Source: Phoronis australis | Lineage: Eukaryota > Animalia > Phoronida | Length of the DNA stretch: 64,000 nt | Direction: 5' to 3' | Assembly: GCA_002633005.1 (NCBI GenBank) | Contig: NMRA01000001.1 | Coordinates: 1,740,278 to 1,804,277 of the forward strand | In this document: piece after piece, positions 41,627-55,794 of the stretch | Layout: each line of letters begins with the position of its first letter | Numbering within the stretch: the first letter of the stretch is position 1 | Program-made: the position numbers and the translations under genes | Notes under the pieces: generated by a model | The model's input: only the letters and a program-made list of their open reading frames with translations | Database searches by the model: none | What the model was told of the DNA's origin: nothing

Positions 41627-42799
41627 AGAGACTCTTTCAGGAGTAGCATCGTCGAATGAGCGACCATTTTTATTAAATTTGCATAACGGGTGCACACAAA
41701 ACGGAATATTTTTCAGGAAGCGGGAGGTGCAAAATGAGCAGAATGGGTGAAAATCTTGAAACGTTTTGTGTGAAATTGAAGGGTGGTATTGAAAAAATAT
41801 TGTGATATGGGTGAGTTTGAATGGAATTTAGCCATGAGCCAGTGGTTTCCCCATGTGAAGTTTGAGCAATTGTTGGTCCAATAAAAATTCCCTATCGGAT
41901 TCATGAGCACTCAAACAACAACATTAGACCCCATTGATGGTATGAGGCCAAATCGGCAGAAATTTTACTAAGTTTCTGAGACTAGTGAAGGCAGCAGGTT
42001 GACACATATATACTTGTAATGCAACTTTGTGACAGAGACTTGCCTAGCAGTGATGCTTAATTGAGTATTGGATTGACATTAAATGGGGCCTGGGTCTAAT
42101 TATTTTTGACATTTTCTGTTTTATTTTTGTGCAAACTCAAGATAAGTGTCGGTTTTTCTTTGCTGGCTTGTGTTATGGTTTATGCGTTATGTTATAAGTT
42201 AGGTTACAAATTAAACCTGGATTACGCAGTCTTCCTTGTAAACTAAATTGTACTTGAGCACAAAATATTAGCCGCTTGCCTCGATATTGCATAAAAGTAG
42301 AACACCAAATGTCAAAAATACTGCTGGGTACCGACAAGCCTTAACAAGGTGGTAGAGGACAACCCTGCCAAGTTTCGTAGCATATCAACTGGTTACAGCT
42401 TACATGGTTTACAGAATTTCTACCAAATGTCTACATTAATAAAAAGAACTTGAAGACTATTCTCCTTTACTGCTGTTTTTGTCTTAATGCGGCATTTTGT
42501 ATTATTTATTAGTTGCAGCAATTAAAGGACCAGTCCCTGAGAACACTCAACTCTTGTTGGGGATGCAGCTAGAAAATATGGATGTCTACCCTGTTAGGAA
42601 GTGGACTTGAAAATTTGAAGGGAGCGTTCATGATAAGCCATCCTTTTGTAGACTTCTGTCCCAAAAACACCATTTTTATATTGATAAATCTAAAGTCACC
42701 GGACTGGATGATGATCAGTTGGGTGGTGTGCTGTTTTTCACCAACTCTTACATTTCTGGTATGTTTCTTGTTTTTCATAGCGGCTGTGTTTTCTTACAG

Positions 42800-42891
42800 G
42801 AGTCTACACCTTACCAGTGTGAAGTACCTGGTGTATTGACCGTTGGTAGCAGTGTGGAGATAAGAGGCAAACTCAACATTGGTGCTGAGAG
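42800..42891 (+). CDS. Exon A of a galectin-like domain gene (ESTPYQCEVPGVLTVGSSVEIRGKLNIGAE-S)
   Basis: Acceptor gtgttttcttacag|, donor gagag|gtaac, 92 nt open, phase 0 in and phase 2 out. The peptide matches the first galectin CRD segment (PY..xPGxLxxGxxVxIxG). Its phase fits the exon at 53943. Confidence 0.8.
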
Positions 42892-45800
42892 GTAACAGTG
42901 TAACTGAGACAGCTATTTCTTGCAGGGTGATAGGATGTGGGGGAGACGCAGGGAGGGGGGGCATTTGTCCAAAATTGATTTGCACCTGCTTTCTGCCGGC
43001 CTACATTATTTGGTAACAGGTCACTGCTTTGAAGGCCCACAATTCTGAAAGCCCACTACTCGGAAGTCCTACGAAGTCCAAAAAATCTCTACTACATTTT
43101 TTTTAAAATTTTTGCTGAAAAAACTACTTAACCAATTTTCAAAATTTTAAAACCACATTGATGCTTGATTCATCTAAAAATCGCTACTATGAAAAAACAT
43201 CACACACAAAATTGAAACCCCTCCCAGAAAGGGAACTTCACAGTGTTCTCTGATAGGCCTACAGCTATTTCCTTGACCTCTTACTTTTACCTCTGTTTTT
43301 TAAAATAATTTTGTTCGCAGTTTTTTGTTTATGTTCCTCAATACTAAGGACTATGTGCAAAAAGACTTCAGAATCACAGTGTCTGTTGTACATCATTAAA
43401 ATGAAAAATGTTTTCTAACATAAAGCAAGTGTAATGACACATAGATGTTTGACTAATCTACATGTGATAAAACACAAGGAAATCTTTTCCATTTGTCATA
43501 CTAGGTCACATGCAGTTTGAAACCAAATACCAGATTTTTTCTGATTTGTAATTTCGTAATTTGAAGAAACTATGGTATACAGCTAGATGGATGCTGATTT
43601 TGCATCTCTTGTACTCTCTCAGTTTTTATGTTTATTACGAAAAATACAATGTACAATAATAAGAGTAATGCCCAGAAAGTGCTAGAAAGCGTTATACATG
43701 AGCATTGTACACTAACAGTGTGACCTTCATATGAAAATGCCAGTTCACTTTAACATGTCATAAAAAATCAAAAATGCTATGTTTCTCTGCTTGTGGCAAA
43801 ATACCATTTACCATTAAATGTCATGGAAGAGAGCGTAACCTATTGGCCTTTTTAGTTGATTTTTTTAATATAAACATTTTCTGTTCACTATGTTACATGC
43901 AGTTTGAAACAAAATAACAGAATTGTCATTTCGATACATAAATCATTAAATGGTTGCAATGCAATCTTATTCATTACAAAAAGCCCATGTTTGGTTTCTT
44001 GCACTCTTTTCTCCTGCATCATGACTCCCAAGCCAGTTATGGACCATGGTTTAAAATATTACTAAAACCACTGATCAATGTATGCCAGAGAACTAAAACC
44101 TAATGTGTCTTAATTTTGGCCAATTTTAACCAGTGTTTTTACTGCTTGGCAGACATTGCTAATGGGGTAATAGCTCTACTCTACCTTAGATGAGGTTTCC
44201 TGATGAAGAAGCCTCTTGACTTATATAAATGAAACAAAATACATTTCTAATGGACTTCAGAGAGTCTTCAACTTGAAAAAGTGAAAACAAATGTGCTTAT
44301 TCATTTGGGAACTCGTTGTCAGCTGACTGAATAGGAGAGTGAAATTTTATGTCATCTACCAAACAAAGTCTTGTGGTTAATACTATGCTAAAATAATTGT
44401 CTAAATCTATAGTTTTGTGCTACAAAAAATTCGCTTTGTCACCAATTTGTGAAGAACCATGTGTTCGACCATAGGGATACCTCCATGTGAAGCTCCCAGC
44501 TCATGCCATTTTTCTTGCCCAAAACTAGTCTTCCTTAATTTGGTAAACACCACAGGCATGGAATCTGGCTGCTCTGTGCCTTTGTGAGTTATGTAATCTC
44601 CTACTGTGATGGTAGACATGGTATTCAATATACCACCTCCAGGGATAGGGTAGTCTTCAGTCACATGTGCTAAATGTTGTCTACAGAAAGGAGAATAGCC
44701 CAGTGTTAGCTTGCCTCTATTGTGTTTGGGCTTGGACAGACACTGGTACTGCTTGTGTAAATAACAGAAGGATATAGAGTATAATATCACTTTTGTGCAT
44801 TGACTAGTACTGGGTCAGCCCCACATCTGAGTGCTAAACAAGATTATTGGTACAGGTAAGCTGTTTGTGTTTTAAGACTTTAATCTCTTATTAACTTTCT
44901 GTCCACTGACTGTCTTAACTGAGATTATTGAACAGAAATTTTTTGCTGAGTAGTTGGGACTGCTCAGGATTTAACCTGAATGGATTTCAAAATGACTTCA
45001 GCGAAGACATTTCATAAAACAAAAACCCATAACTCAAGTGGATGGATGTGGGTGTTTAATTTTCATTCAGTTTTCAGCGTAGGTTGACCATTTTTGCTTG
45101 TACAGGTATTGCCGACTGAGGTAGCATATGTTGTGTCTCGCCCTGGCCTACACCGAGACGATACAGGTTTTCCATCCATCTTATATATATCCATTCCTTT
45201 TTATAATGAGAAGCATTACTTAACTGACTTACCGGAATCACCACTTGTTCACAAGATTGCAGTTAGAACATGTGATTGTATAAGTTAGTGAAATCTACCA
45301 TACTTGTTGTCAGGTTAGCAGTCCACTGTAGCTGTTATGTTGTTGTGATTATCCAATGTGGGTATTGTAGAATCACGTTAAATAATAACCAACATTTTGA
45401 ACTTTTGTGTGCTTGCATGCTCAGTAGGATGTAACGGTAGAACATGTGCAAAGCATGTTTGTTACTTGGACAGCGAAGATGAAGGCTCCTCTAGGAATTG
45501 CTGCAGTTGTATCTGTGCACTCTCTTCATTGTTCGTTAAGTCTTTGAACAGAAACCTGCATGGATGGTTGAGGGCTTACCGGGTATACTATTTTTTCAGA
45601 TGTGGTTATCAGTAGTAGATGAACAAGGACCTCGGGTCTGGTCTCTGAACTCAAAATCAATCTTGAAATGATTAAAAATATGTTCATCTCATTTAAGTAT
45701 GTGTGCTCAAGTATTTTACAGGTTTTTCGTGGACCTGTATAGTATAAATCGAAGTGTGCAATTGATGACCCTGTAGTGTTATGGAGTTAACTAAATAATT

Positions 45801-46481
45801 AATAGGTCTATGTTAATCAACTGTCTATTACAGTAGTACTTGTGTACACATGGCAGTCTGGTTCATGGTGGTCTCTCACTAGAGACAAAGAGCCATTAAT
45901 CACAAATTAAGTCTAAACACTATAACACACAACTGTCAAGTCCAGTTACTCTACTGAAGCTGTGAGTTACAGTTTGTACTTAATCTTGTTACTCTGCAAA
46001 TCTAAGGGTCATCAAGTGCAAACCTTTTCTGGAAACTCAAATGCCTAAACCTTGATGTAAATAAGAGATAAGAGACTTTTACAGAAAATGAGCTCTATTT
46101 CGAGTTTTGAGATAAGACCCTGCCTGGGCCAAGGTCCAGTGGTTAGATTTCTAAATTTAGGGTTAAATAAGTTTTGTCAGATGTCATTTGTTGGTATGAT
46201 GTAATGGCTATTGTATATTGTATATGTGTAATTAACAGAATACAGCAATGATTTTACTGTGTCAGTTTTTGTTGCATGGTCAAAGGAGCGGAACAGTGCA
46301 AAAGTATATTATTCACCTTCAATGTTATTGGTCTTACTTTACTGTTACGCATGTATAATTTATGGATTCCGTCCACTATTATGTGTTGGCGAACATCTGA
46401 AGATTAGTAAAAAAGCATTTTGGCATCACAATCAGACAATGCAAGCATTTGGTCATGGAGTGAACACACTTTAATTCACAA

Positions 46482-47115
46482 AAGACCCTTTCCCATACAA
46501 TTAACTCTGCTATGGTTGAAGTTTCGATGTTAACTGTGGTTAATTGAGAAGTTAAGCATGATTGTTCCCGTCAGCTTCGGAGTTCTTCAGAAAACTACGT
46601 TCAGCAAAGTTATCCCAAAATCGCGCTCATGTATTTGACTTCACTTTTTGCAAGTATGGATGGTGCACTGTAACTGTCAGCTGTCACTTTTTTGACTGTA
46701 TTATTTCTTTATTTGACCCTTTTGTGAAGAAACCAAGGCAGTATGGCATATGGTGGGAACTTGTTTTTCTTATGCTAAAGATTACATTCAGTGATTTTTT
46801 GATGTAAATAATACAACAAATATATGGATAAATTGAAACAGAATGCTATAATATACTGCCAAAATAATTAATATTAGAACAAAATATTAACAAATATTAA
46901 CTAGTCACAGCCTGCTGTTGGCAAATGCAGTGACCTCTGTCAGTAGCTCCGCTGGCAGCCCGTTGTAGCAAAGCATTGACATTTCACTGTTAAATCCTCC
47001 TCTTTACTGCGGAGTAAACTCATGCTGTTAACTTCGATCCAAGACCTAAGTTAGTGTTTCCACTGACCGAAACTTCGGTAACATTGAAGCTTTGGAAGGT
47101 GTGGGAAAATTCTTT
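46482..47115. mobile_element. Related Harbinger-type MITE (longer, degenerate)
   Basis: aagaccctttcccatac ... gtgtgggaaaattcttt. Shares segments with 41361-41626. Confidence 0.55.
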
Positions 47116-50100
47116 AAAAGTATGTTTTACTAACAGCTCTTATCCTCTGAGCCCAAACTGCTTTTGTCCACATAGAGCATTAGGGGTATTACCCAGGTTA
47201 AACTGCTGATAACAACCTGTTTGTTGTAGTCCATCATGAGAAAGCCCCTACCATTACATCATGGCCATTTAGTAGGAAATGACAGGATATATTAATTGTG
47301 AATCCAGGGTAATCATGTGGTTAGTGGAGTGATAGGATAAGTCATGATTAACTACACAATACCAAAACTAGAGTGCTTATTGTCCAGTCAGAAGAAGCTG
47401 GTGGGGGGTCACTGAATACACACCTTTGAAGCCTGAGTGCTGATTACCTAGAATATGTGGAAATTGGTGAATACACAAATTTGAACTTGCTCATTAATCT
47501 CATCTGAGGAAAGTACTAGGGGAAAGTCGCAGTAAACAATTTTGATGCTGTACTTATTATTACCAAATGTCGAATCTCGAATCTCGTCAGGAACAAATTA
47601 GCTGCTGTTGTTGATCTGTTATACGTGGGTGGCGTAACTCTTAAAAAAGTCGGCGGCTGCAGCCCCCTTGTGGTGCACCGTCCATATACCATTGGCAGCA
47701 CAACACTAAAAAAAGTGGTGGTATAGCCCCACCCCCCCAGCCCCTTATGGTGCTCCGCCCATGATGTAGGCCTCTGTGTTGAGACTGCCTCTGTGTTGAG
47801 ACTGCAAAGTAGTTTCATTTCATTTTTGGTTCGTTATGGAGTAAACAGAGGGGTATATTAGCTTAAAGAATATTCAATTATCAGGTATCGTTTCCCACAT
47901 GAAGGTGTACAAATTTGTTTCTGGCTGCCTTTTGTGATTTCACCGTAAGATGAATCCCTGCAATTCTTTGCTCATATTGATGGTTGTGAATGGAAATCCT
48001 CTGTGTAGTGCAGTGTGGGAATTCGGTACCTGCTTCCAAAGTAGGCCTACCTATAAATGCACAGGACACTTCCATAAAGATTATGCTGGTTATTTCAGAC
48101 AAAAAGAAATTGCCAAGTTTCAGTGACCATTTTCATTTTTCAACAGCTCCTGTTGTTGTGAATGCCCATATTTTAACAAATCATTGTTTGTGCATTTTGG
48201 TAGCTGTGGTATAATAGAACTTTAAAATGATATAGCATTTCATTAGTGTTTGTTTTGTTGCATGAAAAAATGAAAAAGATAAAAAAATTTTCTCTGAACT
48301 ATTTTGTCCTAAGTTGATGAGATTTTCCTGTTGTAGCGTCTCATTTTTTCTATAAAAGGTGTAACACCAAAATTATTACATTGTTTAGGTTCTACACTAG
48401 ACAATAATTTTGAAAAAATGGATGCCCTTGAAAAATGCAAAAGGGAATTTTGGAAATTGTTTTTGTCTGAAATTGATGAGATTTCGCAATAACCTTTCAC
48501 AGTGCTTCAATTCGTATGCACAACTGTTAAATCTGCCTGTTTACTGGTGGTGATTTTAACTTCGATGATCGATCCAAGATCAAAGTTATTGTACTTCTCC
48601 ATGTTAATGCCCAGAGCGTATGTAAATTACATTTAGGAACTCAAATACCGTGGAGTGGGCATTATGTCGAGCATAGGCATGGTCACTTTCATAAACTCTG
48701 TAACAAAAGGCTAATCGTTTTTGATTTCAGAGGTGTTCCACACCGTGGCCTGTATTTGAGATTGGGCATTTATTAGTCACAATGGTAATCCAAAACTTTG
48801 ATAGAGAACAGAAACGTATATGTAATTATCAACTCCAAGGTGGTGTGGTGTTAAATAACTCCGGAATTTCAAGCATTATTTCAAATATTAGTTAATTATC
48901 TGCTATTTGGTGGCCAGAAATCAAATTCAAATAAACAGCAAAATGTTGCACATGCCTGTCAAACCACTCGGTACCTTGTTTCATTGTTCCATAGCTAGCT
49001 AACATTGTGGACCCAGCTCCCCCTATTGGAGACTGGGCATGTAAGGTTAAGTCCCACCCCGAAATTTTCAAATAATGTATTTTGACCACCCCAGGTTGGT
49101 TGCCACCTAGCCCTAATTTATGAGCTCATGCTTGGTTGCTACCTACCCCTAATTTATGCAAACAACCGGGACTTCTTTGTAAGTGCTTGAGTTAATTTTA
49201 GCTTCCAAAAGGTTAGAACCTTGCCTTATTCTGGCAGAAAAGTACTCCCTTGTCTGTACTGATTATGACATGAAACACTACTTTTTGTTTAATGATCATT
49301 CTAATGTTATTGTACTCACTCAGCTGCATTTTCTCTCATCTAATCTCGCAATTGTGTTTGAAAACACTGAAAGCACTCACATGAACATTGGGTGACCAGC
49401 TCAATCATTACATCAGAACCATTGAAGATGCTCTTGGTAAAATACTTGGTCAGGATACTGAAGTAGACAATCTGGTAAGCTCCTTAGACCACCGATGCTT
49501 TATTTGACTGGGTGGTGGGCGTGTAGGCTGCCATCAATGTAGCTCTCTTGAGAGTGTGAAAGCAATCATTTGGGTGAACCCAACTGCAATTTCTCGAAAA
49601 TGTTCAAAGTTGTTTATATGCACCCCATGCTCTGCTTATTTTTTAAGTTCATGAACACAGTGTCATTCGCCTTCAACAGTATTATAGACAAACTTTTATT
49701 AGAAACCTGAAGCTTTATGGTAAAGTGGGGTTCGTGATAATTGGTCTTTTCTGGGACATTGCTGTAATCTGTCATACCAAACAACACTCCCCAAAACATC
49801 AGCACATCAACATTGGTGTGAAAGTACTTCAAGTCTTGTCAGTTTCTCTAATCTTTTAATCAGGGTTTGGCATGATGGTGGCTTTGCTATTTCATTTTAA
49901 TTTAGCCATTGCACCTGCATTATGTTAGACTATATATCATGTACATATTGCTTTATTCAGTTTCGTGGCTGACCTTGGCGTTGTCTGAGCTTGCGACAGT
50001 TTTGCAGGTACATGCTATTGCTTTCTCATTAATAAGGCGTTATTTTTATAAATTTCTTCGATGACAATTGGCGTGAAATTGTCTTTGTGCTAATTGTAAG

Positions 50101-50529
50101 TGTTTGGGTAGCATGTGACCATATGGTGTACTAAAGACTACAGTGAAAATACCACCATGATTTAGAATTGTTTTGATAGGAAGCTGATTGCTTTCAAGGA
50201 CTTTGGATCATGCATGCCTTAGTTTATTAGATCTGCTTTGCTCGCCCTGTTTATAGAGTTGTTGCCACTTTTGTACATCATTATTTTTGACCGCATTAAT
50301 AATAATCGAGGGTAGTGGAGGGGTCAGTAATTGATAATTTAAAAATAATCAAGTTGTGACCAAAACTTAAGTGCTTGACATAATTATTTTCTCAAACTGA
50401 TTAATAGCAAAAGAAAATTTCTGGAAATGGATGGACATGTCGGAAGGTTGATAAGAGATTTCATCTTCTCTCATAATAATTCAAAATTAGCTAATATAGA
50501 GGTATTTAATCAAAAACAATAAGCCTGTA

Positions 50530-50920
50530 AAGCTGATCTTCCAGCTGCCTTTTTGAGAAATGGTTGCATGATTGGATATGGCGGGACAGATGGACTTTAG
50601 TAAGTAAGATTGTACATATTTGCTAACCATCGTTGGTGTCTTCATAACATGAACAGACATCGGGGAGGTTACGAGATCAACCTTCTGTACAACAGTCTGA
50701 CAACGACACATTGCACAGTGACAGTTGTCGAGAATTCTGAGTTAATTTTGAATTTTTAGAGGTGAAGATGAAATCTAGTATCATTCAAACACCTACCTGA
50801 TGAAGTTATTTCTTGGAAATTATAGATTATTTCATCGTCGTTGATAAGTTTTATAAGAAAATGTTGACATTAAACATCAATAAACCCTACAAGACTGTGC
50901 AGTTTTCACCTTTAATATGT
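50530..50920 (+). mobile_element. Decayed Penelope-like element 3' fragment (end of GIY-YIG domain)
   Basis: DRWT...IVHI then MNRHRGGYEINLLYNSL resemble the PLE endonuclease tail, followed by cctgatgaag and aataaac motifs. Contains stops and frameshifts. Confidence 0.45.
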
Positions 50921-51231
50921 TCTTGTACAGTAGAATGCCATCACATAGCATTGGCACAGAACTCTTTTCTAGCCCTGGAATGCCAACTTCAAAATCGTGC
51001 TATGCCACGATATCGATATCGTATGGCACGCACACGCATGTGTGGCATTTGTTTGCATTTGTTTGTTTGTTGGTTATTCCTATGGAATTTAAACAACCCT
51101 TAGCTAGCAATAGGAGTAGTTCTTCCAAAGTTACGTAAACACACCTGTCAGTGGGGCCTAAATTTTTCATTTATAATTGCTCAGAAACCAAAAGTCACTT
51201 CTTTCCTTAGGATACTGTAAAATGATGTTGA

Positions 51232-51711
51232 AGGGCCTTACATACAAACGTCAATGTGTTGATGTTTTGGGGAGTTGCCGTCCTGGATCGAAGTTAACAG
51301 CGCCAGTTAACTTCACAATAAACAGGTGGATTTAACAGCGGAGCATTGACGCTGCGGCGCAGTTAATGAACAGTCAACTTCGGTCCCCATCGAAGTTATT
51401 GCCAGTGGCCATTATAATCGTCAACAATTAAAGGGTGGTGTTGTCACTGATAGCTATATTTTGCTTGAATAATCACCAATTGAATTAAAAATAAGTTTTA
51501 TGTCAATTAGCACATGTAAATGTTCCCAAATTGTCACATTAAAAAGTCTTAGTGTGTAGTGCAGCCTTGCGATTACTTCGATGGCAACAGCGTCACCTAC
51601 CGTTTACTTCGATGTCCGTTAACTACCAAATCCAATATGAATGGTTTAGTTAACTTTGCAGTTTACGTTGACGCTCACTTAGACTGGAGTTTAGTCAGCA
51701 TGAAAAGACCT
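51232..51711 (-). mobile_element. Diverged inverted copy of the Harbinger-type MITE
   Basis: agggccttacatac ... gcatgaaaagacct. The internal sequence is the reverse complement of 9116-9627. Confidence 0.75.
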
Positions 51712-52374
51712 TACCACCCAAAAATGTCTTGTTGAAAACTCCTAGCATGTACTTTGATAGGTTGTCGAAAGAGGTTCTAAGACTGAATGAAAAGATCTAT
51801 ATTTATATCAGAGGCCAGAGTTTTCCTGGTTTCCAGCCAGGGCCACGGGTTGATATAAAAAATGACCAATGTAACATTCTGATAGGTTGACTAATTTTGC
51901 CGGGAAATTGCTAGTTGGCTATAACTGTAACTCAAGAGTCTCACTTGATGAACAAAATTGAAGAGACGAAATGGGCTTGATTTGATTACTGCAACAATAT
52001 CAAAACTCAGTCGAGCAGACTACTGGAAATTCTCAGTACAAACCATCACGGCTAGTCTCGGGGTCGCAAGTTCTTATAATAATGATTTTACCTATGTCAA
52101 GTTCTCCGGTCGTTCAGTTTTGGTGCTGTGCAGGTGCAGTACCTGGGGATTTCCATTTGTTTTGTGATTGGAGATGAAGGGGAATATGGAACAGAGTTGT
52201 GATGTTCACTGTTATTACAAACTGAAATGACAAATTATCAGTTTTAAATAACTATGATTATTTTAATAAAATGCCATAGATGACATTGTGATTACAGCCG
52301 GCTACTGCATGTTCGCAATCAATACACACTTTTGGTTCGAAGTTGCTACAGACAGTGATAAAAATTGTAGACAT

Positions 52375-52505
52375 ATAGATTATTACATGGCGAGGTCGTT
52401 ATCCCCCGTTATCTAGAGCCCGAGTGGATTTTGGAGAATAATTCTCCAAAATCCACGAGGGCTCTATATAAGGGGGATAACGGCTGAGAACATGTAATAA
52501 TCTAT
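52375..52505. repeat. ~130-bp imperfect palindrome
   Basis: atagattattacatg..cgttatcccc..tagagccc..gtggattttggagaa / ttctccaaaatccac..gggctcta..ggggataacg..catgtaataatctat. Confidence 0.9.
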
Positions 52506-53047
52506 TTATACCTCGTACTAAATGAGAAACATTGCAATGAATCGATTTACCTTTTTTGACTCTCCACAGCTTTGTAACTACTTTCTGTGTCAGAGGCCCG
52601 GGGTTGGAGGTCGTGACCTTTTAAGAAAAGCCGGGCTACTTTGTCAAATAATCCTTTTACTCAAAACCAATTGAAAACTTAAATATAATAGAAATAAATT
52701 GAATTTATAAATTAAGGTTTACCAACTATTATAGCTCAAAACACGTTTTTCTCATGCTAAGCTTCGACCGGGAAATTATCGTCTGCTAAAGTAGGTTACC
52801 ACTGGTAACTGAATATAATTCTCAAGTCAAAGATCCTGAGGACACGATACCCGTATTCAAACTGTAGATCGGTGATTTACAAGTAAGAGGACATAAGAGA
52901 ACATTTTCACTGAATTAAGATAAAATTTTTATGGAAATTATGTGTCTTATTTTTCGTAGCGTATAAGTACAGTACAATGTGGTTTGTTGAACATGCGATA
53001 ATTGCGCATGCTCATTTAGTATTCTATTTTCACTGTTGATGACATCA

Positions 53048-53125
53048 GTCGCTGCATGGTGTAGTGGTAATGTCGGCGACCAGCAATTTCAAGGTCCCGG
53101 GTTCGACTTCGTCCTCGGTTTCCCG
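53048..53125 (+). mobile_element. tRNA-derived SINE head or tRNA pseudogene
   Basis: Pol III A box tggtgtagtgg (53057-53067) and B box ggttcgact (53100-53108) at tRNA-like spacing. No intact acceptor stem. Confidence 0.55.
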
Positions 53126-53942
53126 CCAAATCGTTATCTCACTAGTGAGATAACTTTATGGGTTATTACACTGTTGTATCTGCCATTTGACGCTAATATT
53201 GTGGTAAAAAAGTATTTATTTTGAGAAAATAGGTTGTTCATTGTCTCTCGATAACATTAGTAAAAGTTTAGCAAAATCACTCACTGAGAGACTAAAATTG
53301 ACAGATGGTAGCAGACGTTTCGGCCTGGTCCGCCAGGCTTTTGCCGTTGATTGGAGTATCGGGGATATTTCCCGCCGTACACTTGATAATGATGTCGTTG
53401 TAGAGGGGAGATAATTGAACACCACAGTCCCAATTCAAAGTGGGCGCTGGCTCCTGATTTTAATAGATTCCTTGATTTTACGTGCTGCCATTTCTGCTCA
53501 CGGCAATCAGACTGTAAAATAATATTAAAATCTGATGATCCATTATAACCAATGATGGTTGCTGGACACTTTCTAGTCATCGATTGTGAAAGTCTCCGGT
53601 TCTGGGTAACCTTATCTGCAAGTCTGTCCATAAGCCTTATATTTTCTAAAAATAAGGAACTTGTTTAAATTAGGTTTTCTGAAAAAAGAAAGCTTAGAGC
53701 ATTTAATTATGGATCTTATACTGGCCTTGTCTTTCAGAGATATTTAGCATACTTATAATTTGAATAAAAAACGTATTTGTAGTATGCCCAAATTTGTTAG
53801 ATATTATTTGAGATTAAATCTCAAAAACACTGATTTCTAAATCATCTATTCACTGCCATTTTATTCAAAGGATCATTGTATTCTTCCTAAACCTCTCTAG
53901 GCTTGCTATAGGTTATTTACGTGGTATTTGTAATTGTTACAG

Positions 53943-54162
53943 TTTTGGAATCTCTCTGCTGTCTGCCTCTAAACAGAACACTTCACCCCAGGACACTGTG
54001 TTTGGTCTGACTGTATCCCTACAGAGGAAGATCCAGGAATTATCCTGCTGGTCACACATTGACAGTGTAGGATCTGAGATTATTGTATACCTCAAAGAAC
54101 AGTGCTTTAGGGAGGGCGTCATTTTCATTATAACTCTCGTCGTTGCTGAAGAAAGCATACAG
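53943..54162 (+). CDS. Exon B (central exon) of the galectin-like domain: FGISLLSASKQNTSPQDTVFGLTVSLQRKIQELSCWSHIDSVGSEIIVYLKEQCFREGVIFIITLVVAEESIQ
   Basis: Acceptor aattgttacag|, donor atacag|gtgaga, 220 nt open, phase 2 in and phase 0 out. The pattern (S)FxIxL...DxxFxL...GxE...FxxGxxFxIxLxV follows galectin strands. Confidence 0.8.
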
Positions 54163-55794
54163 GTGAGATACTTGGTGAAAGTTTTTGGTTGGGTATTTCA
54201 CCGTTTTTGTCATTAAATCTCATTATGAAATGCCTGATATTTGCTTTAATTAATCAGTATAAAAAATCTATAGTATGGTTCTTTAAAGATGTATTTGCAT
54301 GCTCCTAACTAATTGCTAATGTATAGTCTGAACTAAACAATAATGCTATTTAAACATAATCTACACTAAACAAAGTGCAGTTGTATTCTTAGACAACTTA
54401 TGAATGTGAAAACAAAAAATTCTGCAAATAGGTCACCTTTTAACACTAATGAAGTACCTTGGGGGCTCACATAGCCTGTGTCATGCAGTGTTATTCCCCA
54501 TCACCACCTCAGGATACTTAGTAGACACTGTTGAGTGATTTGCGGCAGATCATTTTCACCTCAAAATTGTTCATAAAAACATTTAGCAATTTTCAACCTA
54601 GTTCATATTCACATCGTGGCTATGATGTTGTGTTTCTAACTAATTTTACCAAGCAATCACAGTGATAAGGAATTAGCGCGCAAGTTCCACTTTAATTCTC
54701 AGTAAATGGTTAATTCAGTCTCTGCATATATTTGGTTGCAGTATTTTTGAACACTTCTTTGGAATTGATATTTGAACTGTCTATTACATGCAGCAATAAA
54801 CGCTATTCCTAATTCATGGTGTAAAATAATTCCATAGTTTAAAGTATTATCTGTAGCGAATATTTGTCAAACCAACAGAGAACAGAAATAGTGGAAATAT
54901 TTGACTGAACAAATTTTTGGTGATCAATGAAATAATTATGAGCAGAGCACAAAAAATGTGATCCTCTGCTAATTAACCTGGCTGCTTAAAACATGGTTGA
55001 CAAGCATGCTTCAGATATCAGAATTCAATGGTTTCATCAAAACATTGTGCCATACTGGCAACTAATATGGTAACTTGTTCCACTTCACTGCAGCTGGGCA
55101 TAGTTTCCAGTGTTTTTAATTAACGTAACAGAGTTTACCAAAGCCACATCACTGAGGGTCAGTCATAAGTGCTACAGGTAATTATAAGCATACTCTCAGC
55201 AGTTTAATGTTCACTTTTACACAATATGCCATTCACTCATACCTGGTTAATTTCACTTTTATACAGCATGCCATTCACTCATAGCTTTCACTTGTACACC
55301 ATATGCCATTCAGAAGCTTGGACTGCACATTCCTGGTGTGCCCTGGATTTGCATACCTTTTCTTTGTGTAGATTCAGAGAATCCTATTGTCATTTGTGAA
55401 TGGGATTATCATCTGATCAATGTATTTCTTGCCAACTATTGTATGCTAGGACTGCCAACACTGTTGCACACAGTGTTTGTTTTTATTGGGGATAAAGGAA
55501 TCAAGGACAATAAGGAAATGCATCATCTGAAATTCTGTCAGTTAAGCTTTTGAAAGGAACTGCCATGGACTTATTCTCAATACATCCAAATTCAAATTTC
55601 ACCTGATTGGCTTAAGGTGAGTGTTTTATTGCCCACATCAACAAGCTATAATTCAGTCTTTAATGTGCGACTAACAAGTTGTGAGAATGGTAGCAATGTA
55701 AGCTTTAATATTTTTTTCTGGAAATGATGCATTAGTTTTTTTTTTTCGCAAGTGCCTGTTGACCGAGCTTCTTGACAGCTATGCTTTGTTGCAG

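Noticed and set aside
47620-47765. GC-rich short hAT-like MITE remnants (also ~42920-43005)
   Set aside because: Termini are too degenerate and no target duplication is visible.
50795-50830. ctgatga...gaaa suggesting a Penelope-associated hammerhead ribozyme (also ~44200, ~41065)
   Set aside because: I could not build stems I-III around the core. At most a decayed remnant.
53048-53125. Functional tRNA gene
   Set aside because: A and B boxes are present, but the acceptor stem does not pair. Kept only as SINE-like or pseudogene.
55753-55794. TTG start of the 429-aa ORF, or an alternative acceptor at 55752
   Set aside because: The acceptor at 55794 gives an uninterrupted galectin alignment, whereas the upstream options insert 12-14 residues between strands.
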